NCBI GenBank assembly: GCA_040285855.1
Contig: JAUFOQ010000005.1
Coordinates: 2,356,001-2,420,000 of the forward strand
Origin: Eukaryota sp. GEM-RC1
Taxonomy: Eukaryota
Direction: 5' to 3'
DNA length: 64,000 nt
Position numbers and translations under genes: made by a program. The notes beneath the pieces are model-generated. The model did not search any database. It saw only the letters and a program-made list of their open reading frames with translations, and was not told where the DNA came from. Shown here piece by piece: positions 26,058 to 39,800 of this stretch; the stretch's first letter is position 1; every line of letters starts with the position of its first letter.

Positions 26058-28407
26058 AAAAAACGGGTTTATGATCAGTCAGTGAAATAGATGCATTTGC
26101 AGAAGTTAATAACTAACAGACACTAACTAAAGTATCTAAACTACGATCCTTCTGTCCATCACCGAACAACTTACCTAAAATTGAATTAAAATATCTGTGC
26201 ATTGAACGAAACAACGCAAACGTTAACCTACTCAACCAAAAATTTTCATTGAAAACTTTACCATACTCAGCACACAATTTACCAAAGGAAGTTAAAAAAC
26301 CTTGTGCAGCTGGTCCAATATTACCGTATATCGACATCGCAAAAGGTTGAAACACAAAAGAATTGTACCTGTCAACATTCAATTGGTTAATTAAGTGACA
26401 GTACTTTGTATTTTTTCCTTTTTCAGCCACTTCAAGAGCAGAAAAATCATCATTAAAAATTTTGGAAATTGATCTTGAACTACAAGGATCAACAATCGAC
26501 AATCGTGAAAACCATGATAATTTCCTGACAAGCTAACCAAGGACCAATCAAATCACCACGACTTCTATCAACTTTTGGCTGATCAGAAAGATTAGTAAGT
26601 AAAGGTTCAATTTTTCCATGAAAACCATTAGCCTTAAACATATCCAAACATGTATCCCGGATACTGTTGTGAATAATTGATCGAAAATGAATAAATTGAT
26701 GACAGTTAACTAAATGATGAAAATTTGAAGCCTATGAACGACCACAAAGACAAGGAGAATGCTTCAAAAGACCTGAAGGCCATAAACCTAACCTAAGTCT
26801 CATGTTTATAAGCCATTCATGATCCTTAAGATTAAAACAAAATTTTCTTGGCAAACGAGAAACAAATGAAGACGCAGCGCTTGAAGAAATATCATTCAAA
26901 AATGCACAAAAAGCGAGACTTTTAGTCTTAGCCAAGCTAATACGGTTTTTGAAGTCCAAGCTTTCGTGAAACAAAACAAACTTCTTCTGTAACTTGTGAA
27001 CACAGAAAGGCAAAGAGAAAATGCTTCTCTGCTGAATTTCTGTTACCCCAACAGGAAAACTCTGACCACAAATTGGAGTCAAGACTATCAATTAATTTTT
27101 GAAGACTAATTAACCATGCACAAGGTGAGTGAAGTAAAAAATCTTTCGTTTTAGGATAACGATTCTGAAATTCAAACAAAAAATTCTGTAGAGACCCCAA
27201 AAAGGCACCATCACGCATGTACTTAGCTTTCGTGAAAGCAATACCACCAAAAGAAGTAGAAGTGAAACAATGAGAAGGAAGTGAAGAGTCTTTGTTACCA
27301 ACCAGATAACTAACAAAATTTGTGCGCAATGAATTAAAATTACGAGATAATTCGAGAGTTAGTTTAGGCGGTAAACCACGTAAAAAGTGATTAATTTTAC
27401 CACCAAAACAAACTTGCAGCATAGCAAAAGAAACTTGTTTGCCTACATCCAGATCAACGATTTGGTTAAGCTGCTGAAAGATACAATTATTCTTATGTGA
27501 TTAAGTCTCCTTAACTTTGTCATCATTACCAATATAATTGCCCAAAAACTTGACACATTCATCTGAATAATTGACAAACGGAATGGAAGATTCCCCAAAA
27601 TTCAAATCACCTGAAGAACGTTTAATGACAAGACATTTTTGAAAGTTAAATGACAAACCAATACTTGAAGACAATTCAACAAAACGAGGAAAACTCGATT
27701 TAATGACTTCCAAAGGGCCAACCAAAGAGGTATCATCAGCATAAGAGTTCAACCTTAATCCTGGGAATTCGCTTGAGAATTTGCGAAGAATTCTTTGCAA
27801 CGACAAACAGAAAAGAAAAGGGCCCAAAGGATCACCTTGTTTCACACCACGAGTGGATGAAATTGTATGTTCGTGAAAAATTAATGAAGATGAATGACCA
27901 TACATAATTTCAAAATAGGACAGTAATTCAGGAAAATGATCTAACAGTTCCAAGTAGACCTGTGACCGATAAACACGATTGAACGATTTCATTTTTGTAA
28001 TCAACGTTCAATACATGATTTTCTGCATTTGAATTTAAAAAGATGTCAGTCATCAAACTAGCACTTATTGTACCATCTACAATTCCAATGCAAAACTGAA
28101 AAGGTCTGAAATATTCCACAGCCTTCCTTTTCACCCTATCAAAACAAATAGAAGAAAATAATCTACTCACACATTCGCCAATTGCAATTGGTCGAACACC
28201 ATTACACGGTTTAGATACAGCTACTAAACGACTATTTTTCAACGCAAGAGGAAATTTGTGTGGTTGTGAACAAATCAAATTGAAAAAGTATGCGAGGCCT
28301 TCAGCAACCTCAGGAGCATGTGTAACAGCAATTTTAATATGGTCAAAGCTAAGACCCAATGGTCCAGCTGCTTTACCACTTTTAGCATTAGAAATGGCTT
28401 TCATAAT
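26058..28407 (-). mobile_element. Satellite-embedded CRE-like element, copy 4
   Basis: Same ends and 10-bp duplication; intact GPFLFCL and GAFLG frames, but private indels. Confidence 0.93.
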
Positions 28408-31400
28408 TCAGAGATATTGACAAGATCTGAATGTAGTCAGCTCAAATGTACTCAGTTCAAGCAACAATACGGTCAGCAACATCATGATTTAATAGTTGAC
28501 AAGAACTCGTTCCCTCTATTGCAAGTGTCGCATAAACCATAACTAAACTGATCACAATATCTGTACAAATTGGAGCTTGGTGTTGATGTCTAGAATCAGA
28601 AATTAATTTGAGTAATGAATCTGATCTGTAGAATAGCTGAAGTGAGACCGCCCAATGAATTTGAATACAGTATAAAATATATGTGTTTCGATAAGCAGCT
28701 TGAATGGAATTGTTTTTGATTTATTGATGCCAAACTACGAGTCGTAGAGAAGTAATGATACTGTTTGTGAAATGTTGGAAACGAATAATTAAAAGGAATT
28801 CCACGCAGTGACAAACAGTTCATGTGTGACATTAATCAAAATTCAATCACTCCCTATACACGACAGACATCGTTTCAGGTACAGTTACAAAACAACATTA
28901 GTTGCAAGTTAAATAGTGAACTGGAAGGACATGACCAGAATATTGGGTGTTGCTTTTATTGATAAGATCTGAATGTCAGCTCAAATGTAGTCAGTTCAAG
29001 CAACAATACGGTCAGCAACATCATGATTTAATAGTTGACAAGAACACGTTCCCTCTATTGCAAGTGTCGCATAAACCATAACTAAACTGATCACAATATC
29101 TGTACAAATTGGAGCTTGGTGTTGATGTCTAGAATCAGAAATTAATTTGAGCAATGAATCTGATCTGTAGAATAGCTGAAGTCAGACTGACCATTGAATT
29201 TGAATACAATCAAAATTACTCAGAGATATTGATAAGATCTGAATGTAGTCAGCTCAAATGTGCTCAGTTCAAGCAACAATACGGTCAGCAACATTATGAT
29301 TTAATAGTTGACAAGAACATATTCCATCTATTGCAAGTGTCGCATAAACCATAACTGAACCGATCACAATATCTGTACAAATTGGAGCTTGGTGTTGACG
29401 TCTAGAATCAGAAATTAATTTGAGCAATGAATCTGATCTGTAGAATAGCTGAAGTCAGACTGACCATTGAATTTGAATACAATAAATATACTCAGAGATA
29501 TTGATAAGATCTGAATGTAGTCAGCTCAAATGTACTCAGTTCAAGCAACAATACGGTCAGCAACATCTTGATTTAATAGTTGACAAGAACATGTTCGCTC
29601 TATTGCAAGTGTCGCTTAAACCATAACTAAGCTGATCACAATATCTGTACAAATTGGAGCTTGGTGTTGATGTCTAGAATCAGAAATTAATTTGAGTAAT
29701 GAATCTGATCTGTAGAATAGCTGAAGTGAGACCGCCCAATGAATTTGAAAACAGTATAAAATATATGTATTTCGATAAGCAGCTTGAATGGAATTGTTTT
29801 TGATTTATTGATGCCAAACTACGAGTCGTAGAGAATTAATGATACTGTTTGCGAAATGTTGGAAACGAATAATTAAAAGGAATTCCACGCAGTGACAAAC
29901 AGTTCATGTGTGACATTAATCAAAATTCAATCACTCCCTATACACGACAGACATCGTTTCAGGTACAGTTACAAAACAACATTAGTTGCAAGTTAAATAG
30001 TGAACTGGAAGGACATGACCAGAATATTGGGTGTTGCTGTTATTGATAAGATCTGAATTTCAGCTCAAATGTAGTCAGTTCAAGCAACAATACGGTCAGC
30101 AACATCATGATTTAATAGTTGACAAGAACACGTTCCCCCTATTGCAAGTGTCGCATAAACCATAACTAAACTGATCACAATATCTGTACAAATTGGAGCT
30201 TGGTGTTGATGTCTAGAATCAGAAATTAATTTGAGTAATGAATCTGATCTGTAGAATAGCTGAAGTGAGACCGCCCAATGAATTTGAATACAGTATAAAA
30301 TATATGTGTTTCGATAAGCAGCTTGAATGGAATTGTTTTTGATTTATTGATGCCAAACTACGAGTCGTAGAGAATTAATGATACTGTTTGCGAAATGTTG
30401 GAAACGAATAATTAAAAGGAATTCCACGCAGTGACAAACAGTTCATGTGTGACATTAATCAAAATTCAATCACTCCCTATACACGACAGACATCGTTTCA
30501 GGTACAGTTACAAAACAACATTAGTTGCAAGTTAAATAGTGAACTGGAAGGACATGACCAGAATATTGGGTGTTGCTGTTATTGATAAGATCTGAATTTC
30601 AGCTCAAATGTAGTCAGTTCAAGCAACAATACGGTCAGCAACATCATGATTTAATAGTTGACAAGAACACGTTCCCTCTATTGCAAGTGTCGCATAAACC
30701 ATAACTAAACCGATCACAATATCTGTACAAATTGGAGCTTGGTGTTGATGTCTAGAATCAAAAATTAATTTGAGCAATGAATCTGATCTGTAGAATAGCT
30801 GAAGTGAGACTGACTATTGAATTTGAATACAATCAAAATTACTCAGAGATATTGATAAGATCTGAATGTAGTCAGCTCAAATGTACTCAGTTCAAGCAAC
30901 AATACGGTCAGCAACATTATGATTTAATAGTTGACAAGAACATATTCCATCTACTGCAAGTGTCGCATAAACCATAACTAAACCGATCACAATATCTGTA
31001 CAAATTGGAGCTTGGTGTTGATGTCTAGAATCAAAAATTAATTTGAGCAATGAATCTGATCTGTAGAATAGCTGAAGTGAGACCGCCCAATGAATTTGAA
31101 TACAGTATATAATATATGTGTTTCGATAAGCAGCTTGAATGGAATTGTTTTTGATTTATTGATGCCAAACTACGAGTCGTAGAGAAGTAATGATACTGGT
31201 TGTGAAATGTTGGAAACGAATAATTAAAAGGAATTCCACGCAGTGACAAACAGTTCATGTGTGACATTAATCAAAATTCAATCACTCCCTATACACGACA
31301 GACATCGTTTCAAGTACAGTTACAAAACAACATTAGTTGCAAGTTAAATAGTGAACTGGAAGGACATGGCCAGAATATTGGGTGTTGCTTTTATTGATAA

Positions 31401-32727
31401 GATCTGAATGTCAGCTCAAATGTAGTCAGTTCAAGCAACAATACGGTCAGCAACATCATGATTTAATAGTTGACAAGAACACGTTCCCTCTATTGCAAGT
31501 GTCGCATAAACCATAACTAAACTGATCACAATATCTGTACAAATTGAAGCTTGGTGTTGATGTCTAGAATCAGAAATTAATTTGAGTAATGAATCTGATC
31601 TGTAGAATAGCTGAAGTGAGACCGCCCAATGAATTTGAATACAGTATAAAATATATGTGTTTCGATAAGCAGCTTGAATGGAATTGTTTTGATTTATTAA
31701 AGCCAAACTACGAGTCGTAGAGAAGTAATGATATTGTTTGTGAAATGTTGGAAACGAATAATTAAAAGGAATTCCACGCAGTGACAAACAGTTCATGTGT
31801 GACATTAATCAAAATTCAATCACTCCCTATACACGACAGACATCGTTTCAGGTACAGTTACAAAACAACATTAGTTGCAAGTTAAATAGTGAACTGGAAG
31901 GACATGACCAGAATATTGGGTGTTGCTTTTATTGATAATATCTGAATGTCAGCTCAAATGTAGTCAGTTAAAGCAACAATACGGTCAGCAACATCATGAT
32001 TTAATAGTTGACAAGAACACGTTCCCTCTATTGCAAGTGTCGCATAAACCATAACTAAACCGATCACAATATCTGTACAAATTGGAGCTTGGTGTTGATG
32101 TCTAGAATCAAAAATTAATTTGAGCAATGAATCTGATCTGTAGAATAGCTGAAGTGAGACTGACTATTGAATTTGAATACAATCAAAATTACTCAGAGAT
32201 ATTGATAAGATCTGAATGTAGTCAGCTCAAATGTACTCAGTTCAAGCAACAATACGGTCAGCAACATTATGATTTAATAGTTGACAAGAACATATTCCAT
32301 CTACTGCAAGTGTCGCATAAACCATAACTAAACCGATCACAATATCTGTACAAATTGGAGCTTGGTGTTGATGTCTAGAATCAAAAATTAATTTGAGCAA
32401 TGAATCTGATCTGTAGAATAGCTGAAGTGAGACTGACTATTGAATTTGAATACAATCAAAATTACTCAGAGATATTGATAAGATCTGAATGTAGTCAGCT
32501 CAAATGTACTCAGTTCAAGCAACAATACGGTCAGCAACATTATGATTTAATAGTTGACAAGAACATATTCCATCTACTGCAAGTGTCGCATAAACCATAA
32601 CTAAACTGATCACAATATCTGTACAAATTGGAGCTTGGTGTTGATGTCTAGAATCAGAAATTAATTTGAGTAATGAATCTGATCTGTAGAATAGCTGAAG
32701 TGAGACCGCCCAATGAATTTGAATACA

Positions 32728-33014
32728 GTATAAAATATATGTGTTTCGATAAGCAGCTTGAATGGAATTGTTTTTGATTTATTGATGCCAAACTACGAGT
32801 CGTAGAGAAGTAATGATACTGTTTGTGAAATGTTGGAAACGAATAATTAAAAGGAATTCCACGCAGTGACAAACAGTTCATGTGTGACATTAATCAAAAT
32901 TCAATCACTCCCTATACACGACAGACATCGTTTCAGGTACAGTTACAAAACAACATTAGTTGCAAGTTAAATAGTGAACTGGAAGGACATGACCAGAATA
33001 TTGGGTGTTGCTGT
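32728..33014. repeat. Representative B segment (287 bp)
   Basis: GTATAAAATATATGTGTTTCGATAAG...GGGTGTTGCTGT replaces ATCAAAATTACTCAGAGA at the A/A junction. Confidence 0.92.
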
Positions 33015-33550
33015 TATTGATAAGATCTGAATTTCAGCTCAAATGTAGTCAGTTCAAGCAACAATACGGTCAGCAACATTATGATTTAATAGTTGACAAG
33101 AACATATTCCATCTACTGCAAGTGTCGCGTAAACCATAACTAAACCGATCACAATATCTGTACAAATTGGAGCTTGGTGTTGATATCTAGAATCAAAAAT
33201 TAATTTGAGCAATGAATCTGATCTGTAGAATAGCTGAAGTCAGACTGACCATTGAATTTGAATACAATCAAAATTACTCAGAGATATTGATAAGATCTGA
33301 ATGTAGTCAGCTCAAATGTACTCAGTTCAAGCAACAATACGGTCAGCAACATTATGATTTAATAGTCGACAAGAACATATTCCATCTACTGCAAGTGTCG
33401 CGTAAACCATAACTAAACCGATCACAATATCTGTACAAATTGGAGCTTGGTGTTGATGTCTAGAATCAAAAATTAATTTGAGCAATGAATCTGATCTGTA
33501 GAATAGCTGAAGTCAGACTGACCATTGAATTTGAATACAATCAAAATTAC

Positions 33551-33823
33551 TCAGAGATATTGATAAGATCTGAATGTAGTCAGCTCAAATGTACTCAGTT
33601 CAAGCAACAATACGGTCAGCAACATTATGATTTAATAGTTGACAAGAACATATTCCATCTACTGCAAGTGTCGCATAAACCATAACTAAACCGATCACAA
33701 TATCTGTACAAATTGGAGCTTGGTGTTGATGTCTAGAATCAAAAATTAATTTGAGCAATGAATCTGATCTGTAGAATAGCTGAAGTGAGACTGACTATTG
33801 AATTTGAATACAATCAAAATTAC
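33551..33823. repeat. Representative A monomer (273 bp)
   Basis: TCAGAGATATTGATAAGATCTG...CAATCAAAATTAC, containing the internal 15-bp imperfect tandem AATGTAGTCAGCTCA/AATGTACTCAGTTCA. Confidence 0.95.
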
Positions 33824-36800
33824 TCAGAGATATTGATAAGATCTGAATGTAGTCAGCTCAAATGTACTCAGTTCAAGCAACAATACGGTCAGCAACATTA
33901 TGATTTAATAGTTGACAAGAACATATTCCATCTACTGCAAGTGTCGCATAAACCATAACTAAACCGATCACAATATCTGTACAAATTGGAGCTTGGTGTT
34001 GATGTCTAGAATCAAAAATTAATTTGAGCAATGAATCTGATCTGTAGAATAGCTGAAGTGAGACTGACTATTGAATTTGAATACAATCAAAATTACTCAG
34101 AGATATTGATAAGATCTGAATGTAGTCAGCTCAAATGTACTCAGTTCAAGCAACAATACGGTCAGCAACATTATGATTTAATAGTTGACAAGAACATATT
34201 CCATCTACTGCAAGTGTCGCATAAACCATAACTAAACCGATCACAATATCTGTACAAATTGGAGCTTGGTGTTGATGTCTAGAATCAAAAATTAATTTGA
34301 GCAATGAATCTGATCTGTAGAATAGCTGAAGTCAGACTGACCATTGAATTTGAATACAATCAAAATTACTCAGAGATATTGATAAGATCTGAATGTAGTC
34401 AGCTCAAATGTACTCAGTTCAAGCAACAATACGGTCAGCAACATTATGATTTAATAGTTGACAAGAACATATTCCATCTACTGCAAGTGTCGCATAAACC
34501 ATAACTAAACCGATCACAATATCTGTACAAATTGGAGCTTGGTGTTGATGTCTAGAATCAAAAATTAATTTGAGCAATGAATCTGATCTGTAGAATAGCT
34601 GAAGTGAGACTGACTATTGAATTTGAATACAGTATAAAATATATGTATTTCGATAAGCAGCTTGAATGGAATTGTTTTGATTTATTGATGCCAAACTACG
34701 AGTCGTAGAGAATTAATGATACTGTTTGCGAAATGTTGGAAACGAATAATTAAAAGGAATTCCACGCAGTGACAAACAGTTCATGTGTGACATTAATCAA
34801 AATTCAATCACTCCCTATACACGACAGACATCGTTTCAGGTACAGTTACAAAACAACATTAGTTGCAAGTTAAATAGTGAACTGGAAGGACATGACCAGA
34901 ATATTGGGTGTTGCTGTTATTGATAAGATCTGAATTTCAGCTCAAATGTAGTCAGTTCAAGCAACAATACGGTCAGCAACATCATGATTTAATAGTTGAC
35001 AAGAACACGTTCCCTCTATTGCAAGTGTCGCATAAACCATAACTAAACTGATCACAATATCTGTACAAATTGGAGCTTGGTGTTGATGTCTAGAATCAGA
35101 AATTAATTTGAGTAATGAATCTGATCTGTAGAATAGCTGAAGTGAGACCGCCCAATGAATTTGAATACAGTATAAAATATATGTGTTTCGATAAGCAGCT
35201 TGAATGGAATTGTTTTTGATTTATTGATGCCAAACTACGAGTCGTAGAGAATTAATGATACTGTTTGCGAAATGTTGGAAACGAATAATTAAAAGGAATT
35301 CCACGCAGTGACAAACAGTTCATGTGTGACATTAATCAAAATTCAATCACTCCCTATACACGACAGACATCGTTTCAGGTACAGTTACAAAACAACATTA
35401 GTTGCAAGTTAAATAGTGAACTGGAAGGACATGACCAGAATATTGGGTGTTGCTGTTATTGATAAGATCTGAATTTCAGCTCAAATGTAGTCAGTTCAAG
35501 CAACAATACGGTCAGCAACATCATGATTTAATAGTTGACAAGAACACGTTCCCTCTATTGCAAGTGTCGCATAAACCATAACTAAACCGATCACAATATC
35601 TGTACAAATTGGAGCTTGGTGTTGATGTCTAGAATCAAAAATTAATTTGAGCAATGAATCTGATCTGTAGAATAGCTGAAGTGAGACTGACTATTGAATT
35701 TGAATACAATCAAAATTACTCAGAGATATTGATAAGATCTGAATGTAGTCAGCTCAAATGTACTCAGTTCAAGCAACAATACGGTCAGCAACATTATGAT
35801 TTAATAGTTGACAAGAACATATTCCATCTACTGCAAGTGTCGCATAAACCATAACTAAACCGATCACAATATCTGTACAAATTGGAGCTTGGTGTTGATG
35901 TCTAGAATCAAAAATTAATTTGAGCAATGAATCTGATCTGTAGAATAGCTGAAGTGAGACCGCCCAATGAATTTGAATACAGTATATAATATATGTGTTT
36001 CGATAAGCAGCTTGAATGGAATTGTTTTTGATTTATTGATGCCAAACTACGAGTCGTAGAGAAGTAATGATACTGGTTGTGAAATGTTGGAAACGAATAA
36101 TTAAAAGGAATTCCACGCAGTGACAAACAGTTCATGTGTGACATTAATCAAAATTCAATCACTCCCTATACACGACAGACATCGTTTCAAGTACAGTTAC
36201 AAAACAACATTAGTTGCAAGTTAAATAGTGAACTGGAAGGACATGGCCAGAATATTGGGTGTTGCTTTTATTGATAAGATCTGAATGTCAGCTCAAATGT
36301 AGTCAGTTCAAGCAACAATACGGTCAGCAACATCATGATTTAATAGTTGACAAGAACACGTTCCCTCTATTGCAAGTGTCGCATAAACCATAACTAAACT
36401 GATCACAATATCTGTACAAATTGAAGCTTGGTGTTGATGTCTAGAATCAGAAATTAATTTGAGTAATGAATCTGATCTGTAGAATAGCTGAAGTGAGACC
36501 GCCCAATGAATTTGAATACAGTATAAAATATATGTGTTTCGATAAGCAGCTTGAATGGAATTGTTTTTGATTTATTAAAGCCAAACTACGAGTCGTAGAG
36601 AAGTAATGATATTGTTTGTGAAATGTTGGAAACGAATAATTGAAAGGAATTCCACGCAGTGACAAACAGTTCATGTGTGACATTAATCAAAATTCAATCA
36701 CTCCCTATACACGACAGACATCGTTTCAGGTACAGTTACAAAACAACATTAGTTGCAAGTTAAATAGTGAACTGGAAGGACATGACCAGAATATTGGGTG

Positions 36801-39800
36801 TTGCTTTTATTGATAATATCTGAATGTCAGCTCAAATGTAGTCAGTTCAAGCAACAATACGGTCAGCAACATCATGATTTAATAGTTGACAAGAACACGT
36901 TCCCTCTATTGCAAGTGTCGCATAAACCATAACTAAACTGATCACAATATCTGTACAAATTGGAGCTTGGTGTTGATGTCTAGAATCAGAAATTAATTTG
37001 AGCAATGAATCTGATCTGTAGAATAGCTGAAGTCAGACTGACCATTGAATTTGAATACAATCAAAATTACTCAGAGATATTGATAAGATCTGAATGTAGT
37101 CAGCTCAAATGTACTCAGTTCAAGCAACAATACGGTCAGCAACATTATGATTTAATAGTTGACAAGAACATATTCCATCTACTGCAAGTGTCGCATAAAC
37201 CATAACTAAACCGATCACAATATCTGTACAAATTGGAGCTTGGTGTTGATGTCTAGAATCAAAAATTAATTTGAGCAATGAATCTGATCTGTAGAATAGC
37301 TGAAGTGAGACTGACTATTGAATTTGAATACAATCAAAATTACTCAGAGATATTGATAAGATCTGAATGTAGTCAGCTCAAATGTACTCAGTTCAAGCAA
37401 CAATACGGTCAGCAACATTATGATTTAATAGTTGACAAGAACATATTCCATCTACTGCAAGTGTCGCATAAACCATAACTAAACCGATCACAATATCTGT
37501 ACAAATTGGAGCTTGGTGTTGATGTCTAGAATCAGAAATTAATTTGAGTAATGAATCTGATCTGTAGAATAGCTGAAGTGAGACCGCCCAATGAATTTGA
37601 ATACAGTATAAAATATATGTGTTTCGATAAGCAGCTTGAATGGAATTGTTTTTGATTTATTGATGCCAAACTACGAGTCGTAGAGAAGTAATGATACTGT
37701 TTGTGAAATGTTGGAAACGAATAATTAAAAGGAATTCCACGCAGTGACAAACAGTTCATGTGTGACATTAATCAAAATTCAATCACTCCCTATACACGAC
37801 AGACATCGTTTCAGGTACAGTTACAAAACAACATTAGTTGCAAGTTAAATAGTGAACTGGAAGGACATGACCAGAATATTGGGTGTTGCTTTTATTGATA
37901 ATATCTGAATGTCAGCTCAAATGTAGTCAGTTCAAGCAACAATACGGTCAGCAACATTATGATTTAATAGTCGACAAGAACATATTCCATCTACTGCAAG
38001 TGTCGCGTAAACCATAACTAAACCGATCACAATATCTGTACAAATTGGAGCTTGGTGTTGATGTCTAGAATCAAAAATTAATTTGAGCAATGAATCTGAT
38101 CTGTAGAATAGCTGAAGTCAGACTGACCATTGAATTTGAATACAATCAAAATTACTCAGAGATATTGATAAGATCTGAATGTAGTCAGCTCAAATGTACT
38201 CAGTTCAAGCAACAATACGGTCAGCAACATTATGATTTAATAGTTGACAAGAACATATTCCATCTACTGCAAGTGTCGCATAAACCATAACTAAACCGAT
38301 CACAATATCTGTACAAATTGGAGCTTGGTGTTGATGTCTAGAATCAAAAATTAATTTGAGCAATGAATCTGATCTGTAGAATAGCTGAAGTGAGACTGAC
38401 TATTGAATTTGAATACAATCAAAATTACTCAGAGATATTGATAAGATCTGAATGTAGTCAGCTCAAATGTACTCAGTTCAAGCAACAATACGGTCAGCAA
38501 CATTATGATTTAATAGTTGACAAGAACATATTCCATCTACTGCAAGTGTCGCATAAACCATAACTAAACCGATCACAATATCTGTACAAATTGGAGCTTG
38601 GTGTTGATGTCTAGAATCAAAAATTAATTTGAGCAATGAATCTGATCTGTAGAATAGCTGAAGTCAGACTGACCATTGAATTTGAATACAATCAAAATTA
38701 CTCAGAGATATTGATAAGATCTGAATGTAGTCAGCTCAAATGTACTCAGTTCAAGCAACAATACGGTCAGCAACATTATGATTTAATAGTTGACAAGAAC
38801 ATATTCCATCTACTGCAAGTGTCGCATAAACCATAACTAAACCGATCACAATATCTGTACAAATTGGAGCTTGGTGTTGATGTCTAGAATCAAAAATTAA
38901 TTTGAGCAATGAATCTGATCTGTAGAATAGCTGAAGTGAGACTGACTATTGAATTTGAATACAATCAAAATTACTCAGAGATATTGATAAGATCTGAATG
39001 TAGTCAGCTCAAATGTACTCAGTTCAAGCAACAATACGGTCAGCAACATTATGATTTAATAGTTGACAAGAACATATTCCATCTACTGCAAGTGTCGCAT
39101 AAACCATAACTAAACCGATCACAATATCTGTACAAATTGGAGCTTGGTGTTGATGTCTAGAATCAAAAATTAATTTGAGCAATGAATCTGATCTGTAGAA
39201 TAGCTGAAGTGAGACTGACTATTGAATTTGAATACAGTATAAAATATATGTATTTCGATAAGCAGCTTGAATGGAATTGTTTTGATTTATTGATGCCAAA
39301 CTACGAGTCGTAGAGAATTAATGATACTGTTTGCGAAATGTTGGAAACGAATAATTAAAAGGAATTCCACGCAGTGACAAACAGTTCATGTGTGACATTA
39401 ATCAAAATTCAATCACTCCCTATACACGACAGACATCGTTTCAGGTACAGTTACAAAACAACATTAGTTGCAAGTTAAATAGTGAACTGGAAGGACATGA
39501 CCAGAATATTGGGTGTTGCTGTTATTGATAAGATCTGAATTTCAGCTCAAATGTAGTCAGTTCAAGCAACAATACGGTCAGCAACATCATGATTTAATAG
39601 TTGACAAGAACACGTTCCCTCTATTGCAAGTGTCGCATAAACCATAACTAAACCGATCACAATATCTGTACAAATTGGAGCTTGGTGTTGATGTCTAGAA
39701 TCAAAAATTAATTTGAGCAATGAATCTGATCTGTAGAATAGCTGAAGTGAGACTGACTATTGAATTTGAATACAATCAAAATTACTCAGAGATATTGATA

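Larger units (their letters stand above)
16443..28407. repeat. Three tandem ~3.99-kb higher-order repeats (5 A + 1 B + 2.35-kb retroelement)
   Basis: Matching ORF positions 18132/22122/26113 and 16631/20622/24612; shared private variant AAATTAAGAGC in each unit. Confidence 0.93.

Noticed and set aside
32728..33823. tRNA, 5S rRNA or telomeric repeat within the monomers
   Set aside because: No cloverleaf or box A/B, no 5S-like sequence and no short G-rich repeat recognised by eye. A covariance-model search was not possible.
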